IMG/VR virus record: IMGVR_UViG_3300049217_000071
Span: 204,345-268,344 of that record
Strand: one strand, 5' to 3'
DNA: 64,000 nt
Made by a program: the position numbers and the translations under genes. Positions 45,958 to 53,939 of this stretch are shown piece after piece (within the stretch, counting starts at the first letter, position 1; each line of letters opens with the position of its first letter). A model generated the notes under the pieces. That model was given only the letters and a program-made list of their open reading frames with translations. It was not told the DNA's origin and made no database searches.

Positions 45958-47060
45958 TGTCCAGCGAGATTAGTCTCTGCACAGATCTACTGCTGATAGA
46001 AAGTCTTTTGGGAGATTCCAAGCTCACCAAGAGGGCAGGGGTGGTGTCTGATCTTTTGGATCGCATGAAGGAATATTTTGGTAAGCGTATCGACAAGAGC
46101 CAACCGACCGAAAGCGTTCTCAATCTCTTAGCTCCCGGCACTTTATGGATGGTTCTTCAAGGCGTTGGCCTAGGCAAATGGGGCCTACTCATTGGTTTAC
46201 TCTTAGAAGTTTTTCACGTCAATGTTGTCGGTTTACTAGAGACACTGTGGACAGAAGTGAAATCATTGTTAGCCACTCACGGTAAAGTTTCTTCAGGACA
46301 AATCGACAGCGTGGTCAATAGCGCCATTGCGGCTAATAACGATCCGGGCAATGAAGATGAGGCCAGAAAGGGTTATCAAGTTTTACAGCGGAATCCTGAT
46401 TTGGCCAAGGTAGAAGAAAACCTTTTTGCTGATGATCACGTTTATTCTTCTGCCGAGCTACTCAAAGAAACTCGTTTCCTTAGTTTGTCCATGATCGCTT
46501 ATGAGGATCAAAAGATGAGGCTTACCAAGCAAGCTGATTTATCTAGCTTCTTAGGTGGCTATAGTAAGGGTAATGCTAAGTACACCAGTATTCTAGGTAG
46601 AATCTTAGGCTTTGTTTTCACAGTAGCTCTAGCCTCTGCCGGTTTGATGGTGGCCGGAGACAAGATCAATAAGTTCCTCGGACGTCCAAATGCTATTGAT
46701 GGCACTTACCAAGCGGGACAACCCGAAAGTGAAGCACCTGCGGCTCCAGTATATCATTCCACTCAGACCAAATTTCCATCCAAAGGTGATTCGCCTTTGC
46801 CTCGCTCGTGGCCTTTGATGAACAACCCCGCTAACATCGAAAGTATGTTGGTACAGTTTGCCAAGGATACCTATTCCGGTTTGGATGGTAAGGAAGGTCT
46901 CATCACGGGCTCTTCGGCATTTCAAGCTATTGCTCAACAGATAGATTGGTTCAATATCCATAACAAAGGTAGTGCGGCTATTTTTCTTCCGCCCAGCTAC
47001 ACTTCTAAAAAGCAATTAGTGGATGCTTTCATTGATGATGTGGCTAAAGCGGCTGGATAA
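45957..47060 (+). CDS. Hypothetical protein with hydrophobic segments
   Basis: LWMVLQGVGLGKWGLLIGLLLEVF and ILGFVFTVALASAGLMVAG; TKRAG and TKQAD motifs. Confidence 0.78.
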   Translation: MSSEISLCTDLLLIESLLGDSKLTKRAGVVSDLLDRMKEYFGKRIDKSQPTESVLNLLAPGTLWMVLQGVGLGKWGLLIGLLLEVFHVNVVGLLETLWTEVKSLLATHGKVSSGQIDSVVNSAIAANNDPGNEDEARKGYQVLQRNPDLAKVEENLFADDHVYSSAELLKETRFLSLSMIAYEDQKMRLTKQADLSSFLGGYSKGNAKYTSILGRILGFVFTVALASAGLMVAGDKINKFLGRPNAIDGTYQAGQPESEAPAAPVYHSTQTKFPSKGDSPLPRSWPLMNNPANIESMLVQFAKDTYSGLDGKEGLITGSSAFQAIAQQIDWFNIHNKGSAAIFLPPSYTSKKQLVDAFIDDVAKAAG

Positions 47061-47110
47061 TTCGGCATATCATCGCATAACAATGTGATTTTCTATAGGT
47101 GGACATCAAT

Positions 47111-48334
47111 ATGAGAAAAAGTGAAATCTTCGAGTCGTTCGTCAAAATAGCCCAAGAAAAGGGCCTTACTTCCGCAACCGAAAAGGGTGATGGTGAGCAC
47201 GAATTTGCCGAACATACGGAAAAGAACTTAGATGATCCAAGATGGGACTCTCTGAGCATTGAGCAAATTGGCAAGCTATACGGCACCAAGCCAAAGGCCC
47301 CCAAGGAGATGGAATATGAGCGCAACATCATCGAGAACGCTCATCCAAAGCCAGTTGTTTTCTTCATGTCCCACGATAAGCTCAATAGTTTGGTAGAAAA
47401 CGAAAACGAAGGCCAAGACGCCCGCATTCACATTTCTCTCAAAGAACCTGATGGTCATTTGACTCAACGCAAATATGCGGAGAAGAAACTAGTTCTTTCT
47501 TTGGTCAGATTAGCTAACGATTTGGACAATCGCAATCAAGATGAACTACGCGCTTTAGCTGATGTCTGTTTAGTTCAGACCGCCACCCCAGGTCTCAAGA
47601 AAACCGCTATTCCACTTTTAGTGTATCCTATTGCCGCCACTATAGGTGCCATTTACGCTAAGAATCACCTAGATTTCCATAGTGATGGCTTTACGGCTGA
47701 CTATGAAAAGACAGTAGGCGAAATAGATGACCTGCTCAATTCTAACAGCAGCTTGCAAACTACAGTAGGGGCCGGATACACTTATACCCCGCAATTCTTA
47801 CAAACCGTCAATCAACTCAAGACTGATTTGGCCGAGTTGAATACAGAGAGGCAGAAGGCTTTGACTATCATAGCAAATCTAAAAACCCCTAGAAACGCCG
47901 ATGAACTCAAGGTGTTAGCTCAGCAACCAGAAACTCATGAGGCGGTGCAAGCTCTCAACGATCTCAATACGGTAATGAATAAAATTGCTACTTTCATTTT
48001 GAAGATAGGCCGTGATTTTAGTAGCGCCTCCTATAAGCAGCAAGCTATTGAACACAAAGGCTTTTTATCCTCTTTGGTAGATTACACAGGAGTTCTCCAT
48101 GGTGGGGCTGGTTTAGTGGCCGATGACTTCGATGATGTGCGTAATGCCCTCAAGACTTTGATGAACGATGTTGTTGAAATTGTTGGAGAATTGAAGAATT
48201 CCGAAACTCTTCGAAAAACTGTTATACGAGAGTTATCTGCTGCCCAAGGTGCCGTTTCTAGAATGACAGAACAGGCTCCCGCCGCTAAACCGGCTGAAAA
48301 TCCAGTAGCAGAACTTGATGAAGAAGTAGGATAA
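47111..48334 (+). CDS. Hypothetical protein (probable internal virion protein)
   Basis: aggtgg RBS; VKIAQ, RKYAE and KKTAI followed by hydrophobic PLLVYPIAATIGAIYA; helical hairpin RLANDLD. Confidence 0.8.
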   Translation: MRKSEIFESFVKIAQEKGLTSATEKGDGEHEFAEHTEKNLDDPRWDSLSIEQIGKLYGTKPKAPKEMEYERNIIENAHPKPVVFFMSHDKLNSLVENENEGQDARIHISLKEPDGHLTQRKYAEKKLVLSLVRLANDLDNRNQDELRALADVCLVQTATPGLKKTAIPLLVYPIAATIGAIYAKNHLDFHSDGFTADYEKTVGEIDDLLNSNSSLQTTVGAGYTYTPQFLQTVNQLKTDLAELNTERQKALTIIANLKTPRNADELKVLAQQPETHEAVQALNDLNTVMNKIATFILKIGRDFSSASYKQQAIEHKGFLSSLVDYTGVLHGGAGLVADDFDDVRNALKTLMNDVVEIVGELKNSETLRKTVIRELSAAQGAVSRMTEQAPAAKPAENPVAELDEEVG

Positions 48335-48502
48335 CTAATCCCTGGATCCGCTATCTAATCTGGGCATACCCAAATATATAGATGACTTTCAAGGAACTTT
48401 TGTTGAAATACATATCAATAACGGAGTATCCTTCATAGATTTGTAAGTTCATAGGTGTAAGTAACTATGCCCTCGGGGCATTAAGATTATAGGAAAATAA
48501 CA

Positions 48503-49303
48503 ATGTCTCTAAAACTTTTGCAACCAGGCACTCAGCCTTTAGGTCAGTTTGACGGTCTCGATGTTGATTGCTTGACCCTCAAGGGAGGCGAATGCGTTTC
48601 TTTCGCCCAAGTTACTACATCCGGTCAACCAGGTGTCACCACCGCAGGTCTTGACCAAGCAGCTTATGACGTGTTTGACGGTTACGTCAACGTGGGTGGC
48701 TCTCCAGCCGTCTTCAAGCGTCCAGCCGTTACCCGTCTTTGGGGTTTCGGTGGTTATCTAAGCGACGGTTATGCTCGTCCAGTCATGCTAGCAGACGAAG
48801 GTATCATCGGATACGGCACACTTTTCGGAGCTGTCGTTGGTGGTACTGTTGGTCAGCAAGTGAACGGCCCAACCACCTTTACTGGTGCTATCTTGGGACC
48901 TCACACTGCAACCGGTTCTGGCAAGGTAACTTGCTGGGATAAGCCAGGTCTCTACGCTGTCTCTCTAGACGCCGTTGACACCAGCGCCTCTGTTGGTCTC
49001 CAGCCAACTAACACCAGCTTGACTGTTGGTGCACCTCTCTCCTTCACCGTTTCAACCGGTTTGGGAACTGGTGGTCTTTTGACCCCATGGAACGGTGCCA
49101 ACGCCATCAACGGTGCTGGTGCAACAAACAGCCCAATCGTTGGACACTTCATTGAGTTCAACACAAACCAGTCCCTCGTGACTACGCCTAACTACTTGGT
49201 GGCCGCTCTAAACAGCCCATCCGGTGTTGTCAGCTCCGTAGGCCCAAGAGCCTTCCAGTTTGCAACCATTTACTTCCAGCCACCAGCTCAGTCTCCATAC
49301 TAA
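48503..49303 (+). CDS. Probable capsid decoration/cement protein
   Basis: Gly/Thr/Val-rich beta protein directly upstream of the MCP, with highly biased codons; motif at 48417 upstream. Confidence 0.6.
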   Translation: MSLKLLQPGTQPLGQFDGLDVDCLTLKGGECVSFAQVTTSGQPGVTTAGLDQAAYDVFDGYVNVGGSPAVFKRPAVTRLWGFGGYLSDGYARPVMLADEGIIGYGTLFGAVVGGTVGQQVNGPTTFTGAILGPHTATGSGKVTCWDKPGLYAVSLDAVDTSASVGLQPTNTSLTVGAPLSFTVSTGLGTGGLLTPWNGANAINGAGATNSPIVGHFIEFNTNQSLVTTPNYLVAALNSPSGVVSSVGPRAFQFATIYFQPPAQSPY

Positions 49304-49342
49304 TCTAACTAGTTAGTATAGCGAATAGCTACAAGATAAAAC

Positions 49343-49370
49343 AAAAAGAGCCCGCAAGGGCTCTTTTTTT
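49343..49370. terminator. Bidirectional intrinsic terminator
   Basis: aaaaagagccc-gcaa-gggctcttttttt: perfect stem, GNRA loop and U tract. Confidence 0.9.
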
Positions 49371-49384
49371 GTTTGTCGTATGGT

Positions 49385-49397
49385 AATAATCCGTTAT
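49385..49397 (+). promoter_or_regulatory. AATA-N6-TAT motif upstream of the major capsid gene
   Basis: gtAATAatccgtTATT lies between the terminator and the MCP RBS. Confidence 0.55.
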
Positions 49398-49465
49398 TCA
49401 TTTATCACGCAGTCTTGCGTGGCTGGTTTTTACCGGCAACTAATTCCAATAAACGTGGAGACACA

Positions 49466-50479
49466 ATGAATATGTTTTCTAGCCAAGGTCAAGTAAACGC
49501 CTCTAATCTAAAGGACGCATTACAGGCCCTAGTAAAGTACGCAGCCATTCTCGAAGAGAATGTTCCTGCTAACCAAGGTCTCGCAGGCCAACCAGCCTTG
49601 AGCGATGACAAGCGTGACGAACTAATTTCTCGCGCTATCTTGACCCAAGACGGTAAGATTGCTCTAGCTCAGGCTATGGCAAACCCAATCCGTAGAAACT
49701 TGGATTACCACGGTATTGCACGTCGTGCTCTAGTCGTTGACCCATTGCCACAAGGTGCAATGCCAACCTACGATAGAGATATCGATGTTGCCGCTGTCGT
49801 TATTTCCAGCAACGGTACTGGCCCAGAGTCCAGAGTTTTCGGTGACAGAGTAGTTGTCCCTGAATTCGAAATCTACGCAAACCCAACTGTGCGTATTGCA
49901 GAAGTAAAGCGTCGTAGATTTAACGTAATTGACAGAGCTGTTCAGAAGGCACGTCAAGAAATCATGGCTCAAGAAGATGCAAACATCTTCGCAGCTCTTG
50001 ATGCAGCTTCTTCTGTTGAAAACACTCTAACTGACATCGCTGATGCAGGTTTGCTCAAGAGAGATCTTGTCGAAATCAAGCAACAGATTGATCGTTGGGA
50101 CTTAGTTACCACCAAGTACTTCATGAACATCAATGAGTTCACTGATATTTTGAAGTGGGGTTCAGGTGGTGGACAAGGCGTAGGCGGCGGAGATTTCGAT
50201 CCTGTCACCATGCGTGAAGTTCTACAAACTGGTCTATATGCTCACATCTGGGGTACAGACATCATGGTCAGCAAGATCGTTCCACCAGGAACCATCTACG
50301 GCGTTGCAGACCCTGAGTTTGTCGGCGTCATGCCTATCCGTCAAGACATTGAAGTCTTGCCGGCCGATGAGCCAAAGCAACTAAAGTTGGGCTGGGTAGT
50401 TTCCGAGATTATCGGTATTGCTATCGTAAACCCAAGAGGTTGTTCCGCAGGTCGTAAGTCAGTCGTAATCGGTGCGTAA
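49466..50479 (+). CDS. Major capsid protein (HK97-like fold inferred)
   Basis: ggag RBS before the ATG at 49466; 337 aa; ALAQAMANPIRRNLDY, VPEFEIYANP, GLYAHIWGTDIMVS, GWVVSEIIGIAIVNP; terminators on both sides. Confidence 0.88.
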   Translation: MNMFSSQGQVNASNLKDALQALVKYAAILEENVPANQGLAGQPALSDDKRDELISRAILTQDGKIALAQAMANPIRRNLDYHGIARRALVVDPLPQGAMPTYDRDIDVAAVVISSNGTGPESRVFGDRVVVPEFEIYANPTVRIAEVKRRRFNVIDRAVQKARQEIMAQEDANIFAALDAASSVENTLTDIADAGLLKRDLVEIKQQIDRWDLVTTKYFMNINEFTDILKWGSGGGQGVGGGDFDPVTMREVLQTGLYAHIWGTDIMVSKIVPPGTIYGVADPEFVGVMPIRQDIEVLPADEPKQLKLGWVVSEIIGIAIVNPRGCSAGRKSVVIGA

Positions 50480-50511
50480 TTCAGCCTGATTGACTAACTA
50501 AAGATACAGAG

Positions 50512-50540
50512 AAGGTCCATAGGAAACTATGGACCTTTTC
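50512..50540. terminator. Intrinsic terminator after the MCP (shared with the convergent HNH gene)
   Basis: aaggtccatag-gaaa-ctatggacctt, perfect 11-bp stem. Confidence 0.85.
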
Positions 50541-51117
50541 GCTTTTGTAATGTCTGGTAAAGTTGTTCCGCCCAAATCTCAAACTCGACAACCGATCTTT
50601 CCCTCTTAGCAAAGTTGCACCATTTGCAACAGGGAACCACGTTGTCTAACGTATGCGGCAGAGAGCTGTCTATGCGATCAAGCCCGTTGTAGACGAAATC
50701 ACCATTGTCTTTGGCGAATTGTGAGGCTTTCTTGTCTTCCATTGCTGCATTTTGCGTGTTATTAGGTTTCGCCCCACAATAACAACAGTCCATTTGTGAC
50801 AAGCGCAGGAAATCTTCGAATGAGAGATCGCCATCGCTATACCTCTTTTTCCAAACTCGGCGTGCCGATGTTTCACTTGGATGAAATTGGACATTAGAGG
50901 CCCCCATTTGGTGTCCTCTTCCAATATTAAGCTCTTTGTTTAGACACCCACAAGATTGGGTGCCACCACCTTTCAGTTCGTCTGTTTTGACAATCTTTTG
51001 ATTGCCGCAATCGCACTGACACAGCCAGGCTGATCTTCGTCTGGCACCGACAGGCTCCGCCTCGGCAATGACCAATAATCTGACGAATTTCCGCCCTAAC
51101 AGGTTTTCTTTCTTCAT
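50527..51117 (-). CDS. HNH-type homing-endonuclease-like protein
   Basis: N-terminal LLGRKFVRLLV...WLCQCDCG...SCGC module; CCYCG...GLDRIDS...NVVPCCKWCNFAK. Confidence 0.85.
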   Translation of the reverse strand: MKKENLLGRKFVRLLVIAEAEPVGARRRSAWLCQCDCGNQKIVKTDELKGGGTQSCGCLNKELNIGRGHQMGASNVQFHPSETSARRVWKKRYSDGDLSFEDFLRLSQMDCCYCGAKPNNTQNAAMEDKKASQFAKDNGDFVYNGLDRIDSSLPHTLDNVVPCCKWCNFAKRERSVVEFEIWAEQLYQTLQKRKGP

Positions 51118-51123
51118 ATCCAA

Positions 51124-51152
51124 ACCTTAACCATTATCTCTGTGTTTGTCAA
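51124..51152 (-). promoter_or_regulatory. Sigma70-like promoter, probably leaderless
   Basis: TTGACA (51152-51147), 17 nt, TAAGGT (51129-51124), then 6 nt to the ATG at 51117. Confidence 0.55.
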
Positions 51153-51178
51153 GCCTTACCATTTTTTGGCATACTGAT

Positions 51179-51724
51179 ATGGATCCCAAGAAACTGCGCA
51201 AACGATATATGGAAGCCTTGCCTCAGTTGAACCAGGCGTTGGATCACCTGCAAACTCAGTTAGCAGATATGCCGCCCTCTGATTTCAAAGTAGAGACTGG
51301 CCTCAAACCTTATTCCAGCGCTAAACGCAAGATGCTAGAACAGCGTGTCAAGAGTCCGTTGGAACTCAAGGATTTGGTGCGTGGTCGCATCTATTTTTCA
51401 GACCAATTTGAGCTGAAAGATGTTATGAACATTCTCAAGCAACTCTTTGGTAAGAAGATCGTCAAATCCGATAATAAGGACACCAACAACTGCGGTCTAG
51501 AATACACCGGGATCACGGATGTCAGTTTGGATCTCGATGGAGTCACCTGCGAATTACAGTTGATGCCTGCCGAATACCAGCCGCATCAAGAACTCTCGCA
51601 ACAGATCCACGAGCAACTTCGCAGTTCCAAAAGTAAGTTGAGTGATCAAGAGAAAGAGTTCCTCCGTCATCGACACAACAAACTCTACAAGGATTTGAGT
51701 AGTAAGCGTCAATCCAAAGAATAA
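51179..51724 (+). CDS. RelA/SpoT-like nucleotidyltransferase-fold protein (divergent small alarmone synthetase-like)
   Basis: GLKPYSSAKRK, LKDLVRGRI, LEYTGI, TCELQLM and QIHEQLR follow the order of SAS motifs, with several substitutions. Confidence 0.7.
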   Translation: MDPKKLRKRYMEALPQLNQALDHLQTQLADMPPSDFKVETGLKPYSSAKRKMLEQRVKSPLELKDLVRGRIYFSDQFELKDVMNILKQLFGKKIVKSDNKDTNNCGLEYTGITDVSLDLDGVTCELQLMPAEYQPHQELSQQIHEQLRSSKSKLSDQEKEFLRHRHNKLYKDLSSKRQSKE

Positions 51725-51727
51725 TTG

Positions 51728-52960
51728 TTAGTATTGTCTGGCTATTTCTAAGAGCCTATATTTGGTATTGTGTTCAGGATGACGCAAAATCTCCAAATAA
51801 CACTCATCCAAAGCTTTCTTGATACGGGGGCCGGCCACCATTCCAGCATTTAGCAAATCATCTCCATTTATTTGCATTTCACGCTTGGAAAAGACGATTT
51901 CGGTTTGGTAGGCGTCTAATAGCTTAATCGGTATTTCTTGGGCCGCACTTAACCCTATAAATTGCTGCAAGGTCTGTTCCCAAGGGTCGGGAGCATGGTT
52001 TTTGAGGACCGCCATAAAGCTCTTATAAGATGAAATCGTGTTTTTATCCTGGAAAATAGAAAACCGCTCCCCTAATTCCAAAAGAAATAGAGTTTTCTTG
52101 ATTTCTCGGTTGGAAAACTTCAAGTTTAGCAGTTCTTCTTTGACCTGAGGGACAGGTAATTTGTTATACAGGAAGGCTAGACGAGTCTCTAGCTCCCCCA
52201 TACACCTGTCTTGGTGTGGAAGTAAAGGGAGCACTCGCCGGGCCAGTAGAGGGCAAGCAATGTCTAAAGCTCCCGATTTCTGTAGAAGCTGCAAACCATA
52301 GGAGGCTTGTCCCGTCATCAAGATTTTGCACAACTCATCTTGAATACGTTCCTTGGAAACCTTTTTGAGCGTTTCCAAACTATCTTTCATACCTTGAAAA
52401 GTAGCTTGGTCGATAGTATACCCAAAACGTGCGGCAAATCGTGCTACTCGCATGATACGCAGCCCGTCTTCTTGAAACCTAACGGTAGGTTTACCTACGG
52501 CTCGGATCAAGCCATTTTGGAGGTCAGTATATCCGTCATATGGATCTACCATACGATGAGATAGTGGATCATAGGCGATAGCGTTGATGGTCAAGTCTCG
52601 ACGGGACAAGTCTTGTTCCACATTCATGACGAAAAAGACTTCCTCCGGCCTACGACCGTCTTTGTATTCTCCTTCAATACGGAAGGTGGTCACCTCGAAA
52701 TGATTCTCCACCCCTTCATCCATACAGACGGTGACGGTTCCATGCTGCAAACCCGTAGGGATGGTTTTAGGAAAGAGCTTCAGCACCTTTTCAGGCGAAG
52801 CGTCGGTAGTAATATCCCAGTCTTTAGGGATGTGTCCAAGAATCAAATCTCGTACGCATCCGCCTACTATATAGGCCTGATAATTATGTTGATTGAGGGT
52901 ACGACATACCTCAATGGCCAAAGGGTGAATTAGGTCTAATGAAAGTTGTATGGGTTTCAT
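51728..52960 (-). CDS. cca: CCA-adding tRNA nucleotidyltransferase
   Basis: YIVGGCVRD, DWDITT, EVTTFR, Y.DGRRP loop, DLSRRDLTINA, RFQEDGLRIMRVARF, SKERI, INGDDL. Confidence 0.92.
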   Translation of the reverse strand: MKPIQLSLDLIHPLAIEVCRTLNQHNYQAYIVGGCVRDLILGHIPKDWDITTDASPEKVLKLFPKTIPTGLQHGTVTVCMDEGVENHFEVTTFRIEGEYKDGRRPEEVFFVMNVEQDLSRRDLTINAIAYDPLSHRMVDPYDGYTDLQNGLIRAVGKPTVRFQEDGLRIMRVARFAARFGYTIDQATFQGMKDSLETLKKVSKERIQDELCKILMTGQASYGLQLLQKSGALDIACPLLARRVLPLLPHQDRCMGELETRLAFLYNKLPVPQVKEELLNLKFSNREIKKTLFLLELGERFSIFQDKNTISSYKSFMAVLKNHAPDPWEQTLQQFIGLSAAQEIPIKLLDAYQTEIVFSKREMQINGDDLLNAGMVAGPRIKKALDECYLEILRHPEHNTKYRLLEIARQY

Positions 52961-52967
52961 AGCGGGC

Positions 52968-52995
52968 ATCGTAAAATTTACAAATTACGTGTCAA
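52968..52995 (-). promoter_or_regulatory. Sigma70-like promoter, probably leaderless
   Basis: TTGACA (52995-52990), 16 nt, TACGAT (52973-52968), then 7 nt to the ATG at 52960. Confidence 0.45.
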
Positions 52996-53072
52996 GGTCG
53001 CCCTCTCAAAAAACCGTCCAAAAGTGTAATAAAAAGGCATCATATTAGAGTTCTGTCTAAAGATAGAGGAAT

Positions 53073-53939
53073 ATGCGACTTTTATTCGAGGTTTCTGAAA
53101 TATACAATCTGATTTCTAGAGGCGCCCAAAATGTGCTTGCTAGAAAGCAGTCTATGTTGCTGAGAAAAATAGCTTTGGAGTCTGTATCTTCTGGTAAAGG
53201 TTTTACTAAACAGGCTTTTGATACTCGTCGAATTAACCAAGAAACGGACTACATTCCACGTAGGGGGCTACAAAGCTATCATAAAAGTGAGAAGTTTATT
53301 TCTGATGCCATGGCTGTGAAGGTACAAGCTTTTGCTAAACTGGCCAAGATATTAGATCAACTTAAACTAGAGTATGGTAGGGAGCCGGAATGGCAAGAAA
53401 GTTATACTAGAGTACTCAATGCTGCCATCAATAAAAGTCTCCGCACGGAACAGACGGACGAGGATTTTAGTGATTCGCAACCATCCATGGCTAGTCTGAG
53501 TTATTTAGAAGAACTGATGTATGTTAGATATAGGCTAACACCAGAAGGTATTATGAGTATGTCGGAAGAAAATCTGCGCACCGCTATTCTCAATAAAGAT
53601 GAGCTTTTGGTGCGTCAAGGTATTTCTAACCCAACACGTCCTATCGAAATAACTCCGGGGGATGTTTCCAAATACAGTTATGATCAAATGATGGAAAAAA
53701 TGCTATCTACCATGGCTCAAGTGATGAGCGCCTATAAGCCTCCGCAGCCTGATGATAACTTGACTAGTAAGTTATTTGATGTCAAAGCCACTAAAGAATC
53801 ACCAGAAATAGAGAGAACCGTTACTATCACCATCAAGGACAAGATTGCTGATAAACTTGAAAAGAGGAGTCAGGAATCCTTGGAGGACAAAATTACCATT
53901 GATTCACTTGATGAATTGGTTGTGGAGAACTCAAAATGA
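53073..53939 (+). CDS. Hypothetical protein (probable virion protein)
   Basis: gagga RBS; motif at 53028 upstream; RKIAL and TKQAF. Confidence 0.78.
   Translation: MRLLFEVSEIYNLISRGAQNVLARKQSMLLRKIALESVSSGKGFTKQAFDTRRINQETDYIPRRGLQSYHKSEKFISDAMAVKVQAFAKLAKILDQLKLEYGREPEWQESYTRVLNAAINKSLRTEQTDEDFSDSQPSMASLSYLEELMYVRYRLTPEGIMSMSEENLRTAILNKDELLVRQGISNPTRPIEITPGDVSKYSYDQMMEKMLSTMAQVMSAYKPPQPDDNLTSKLFDVKATKESPEIERTVTITIKDKIADKLEKRSQESLEDKITIDSLDELVVENSK

Noticed and set aside
49373-49465. Longer N-terminus for the major capsid protein
   Set aside because: It begins at the end of the terminator U tract, spans the candidate promoter and has no SD; the ATG at 49466 has ggag.
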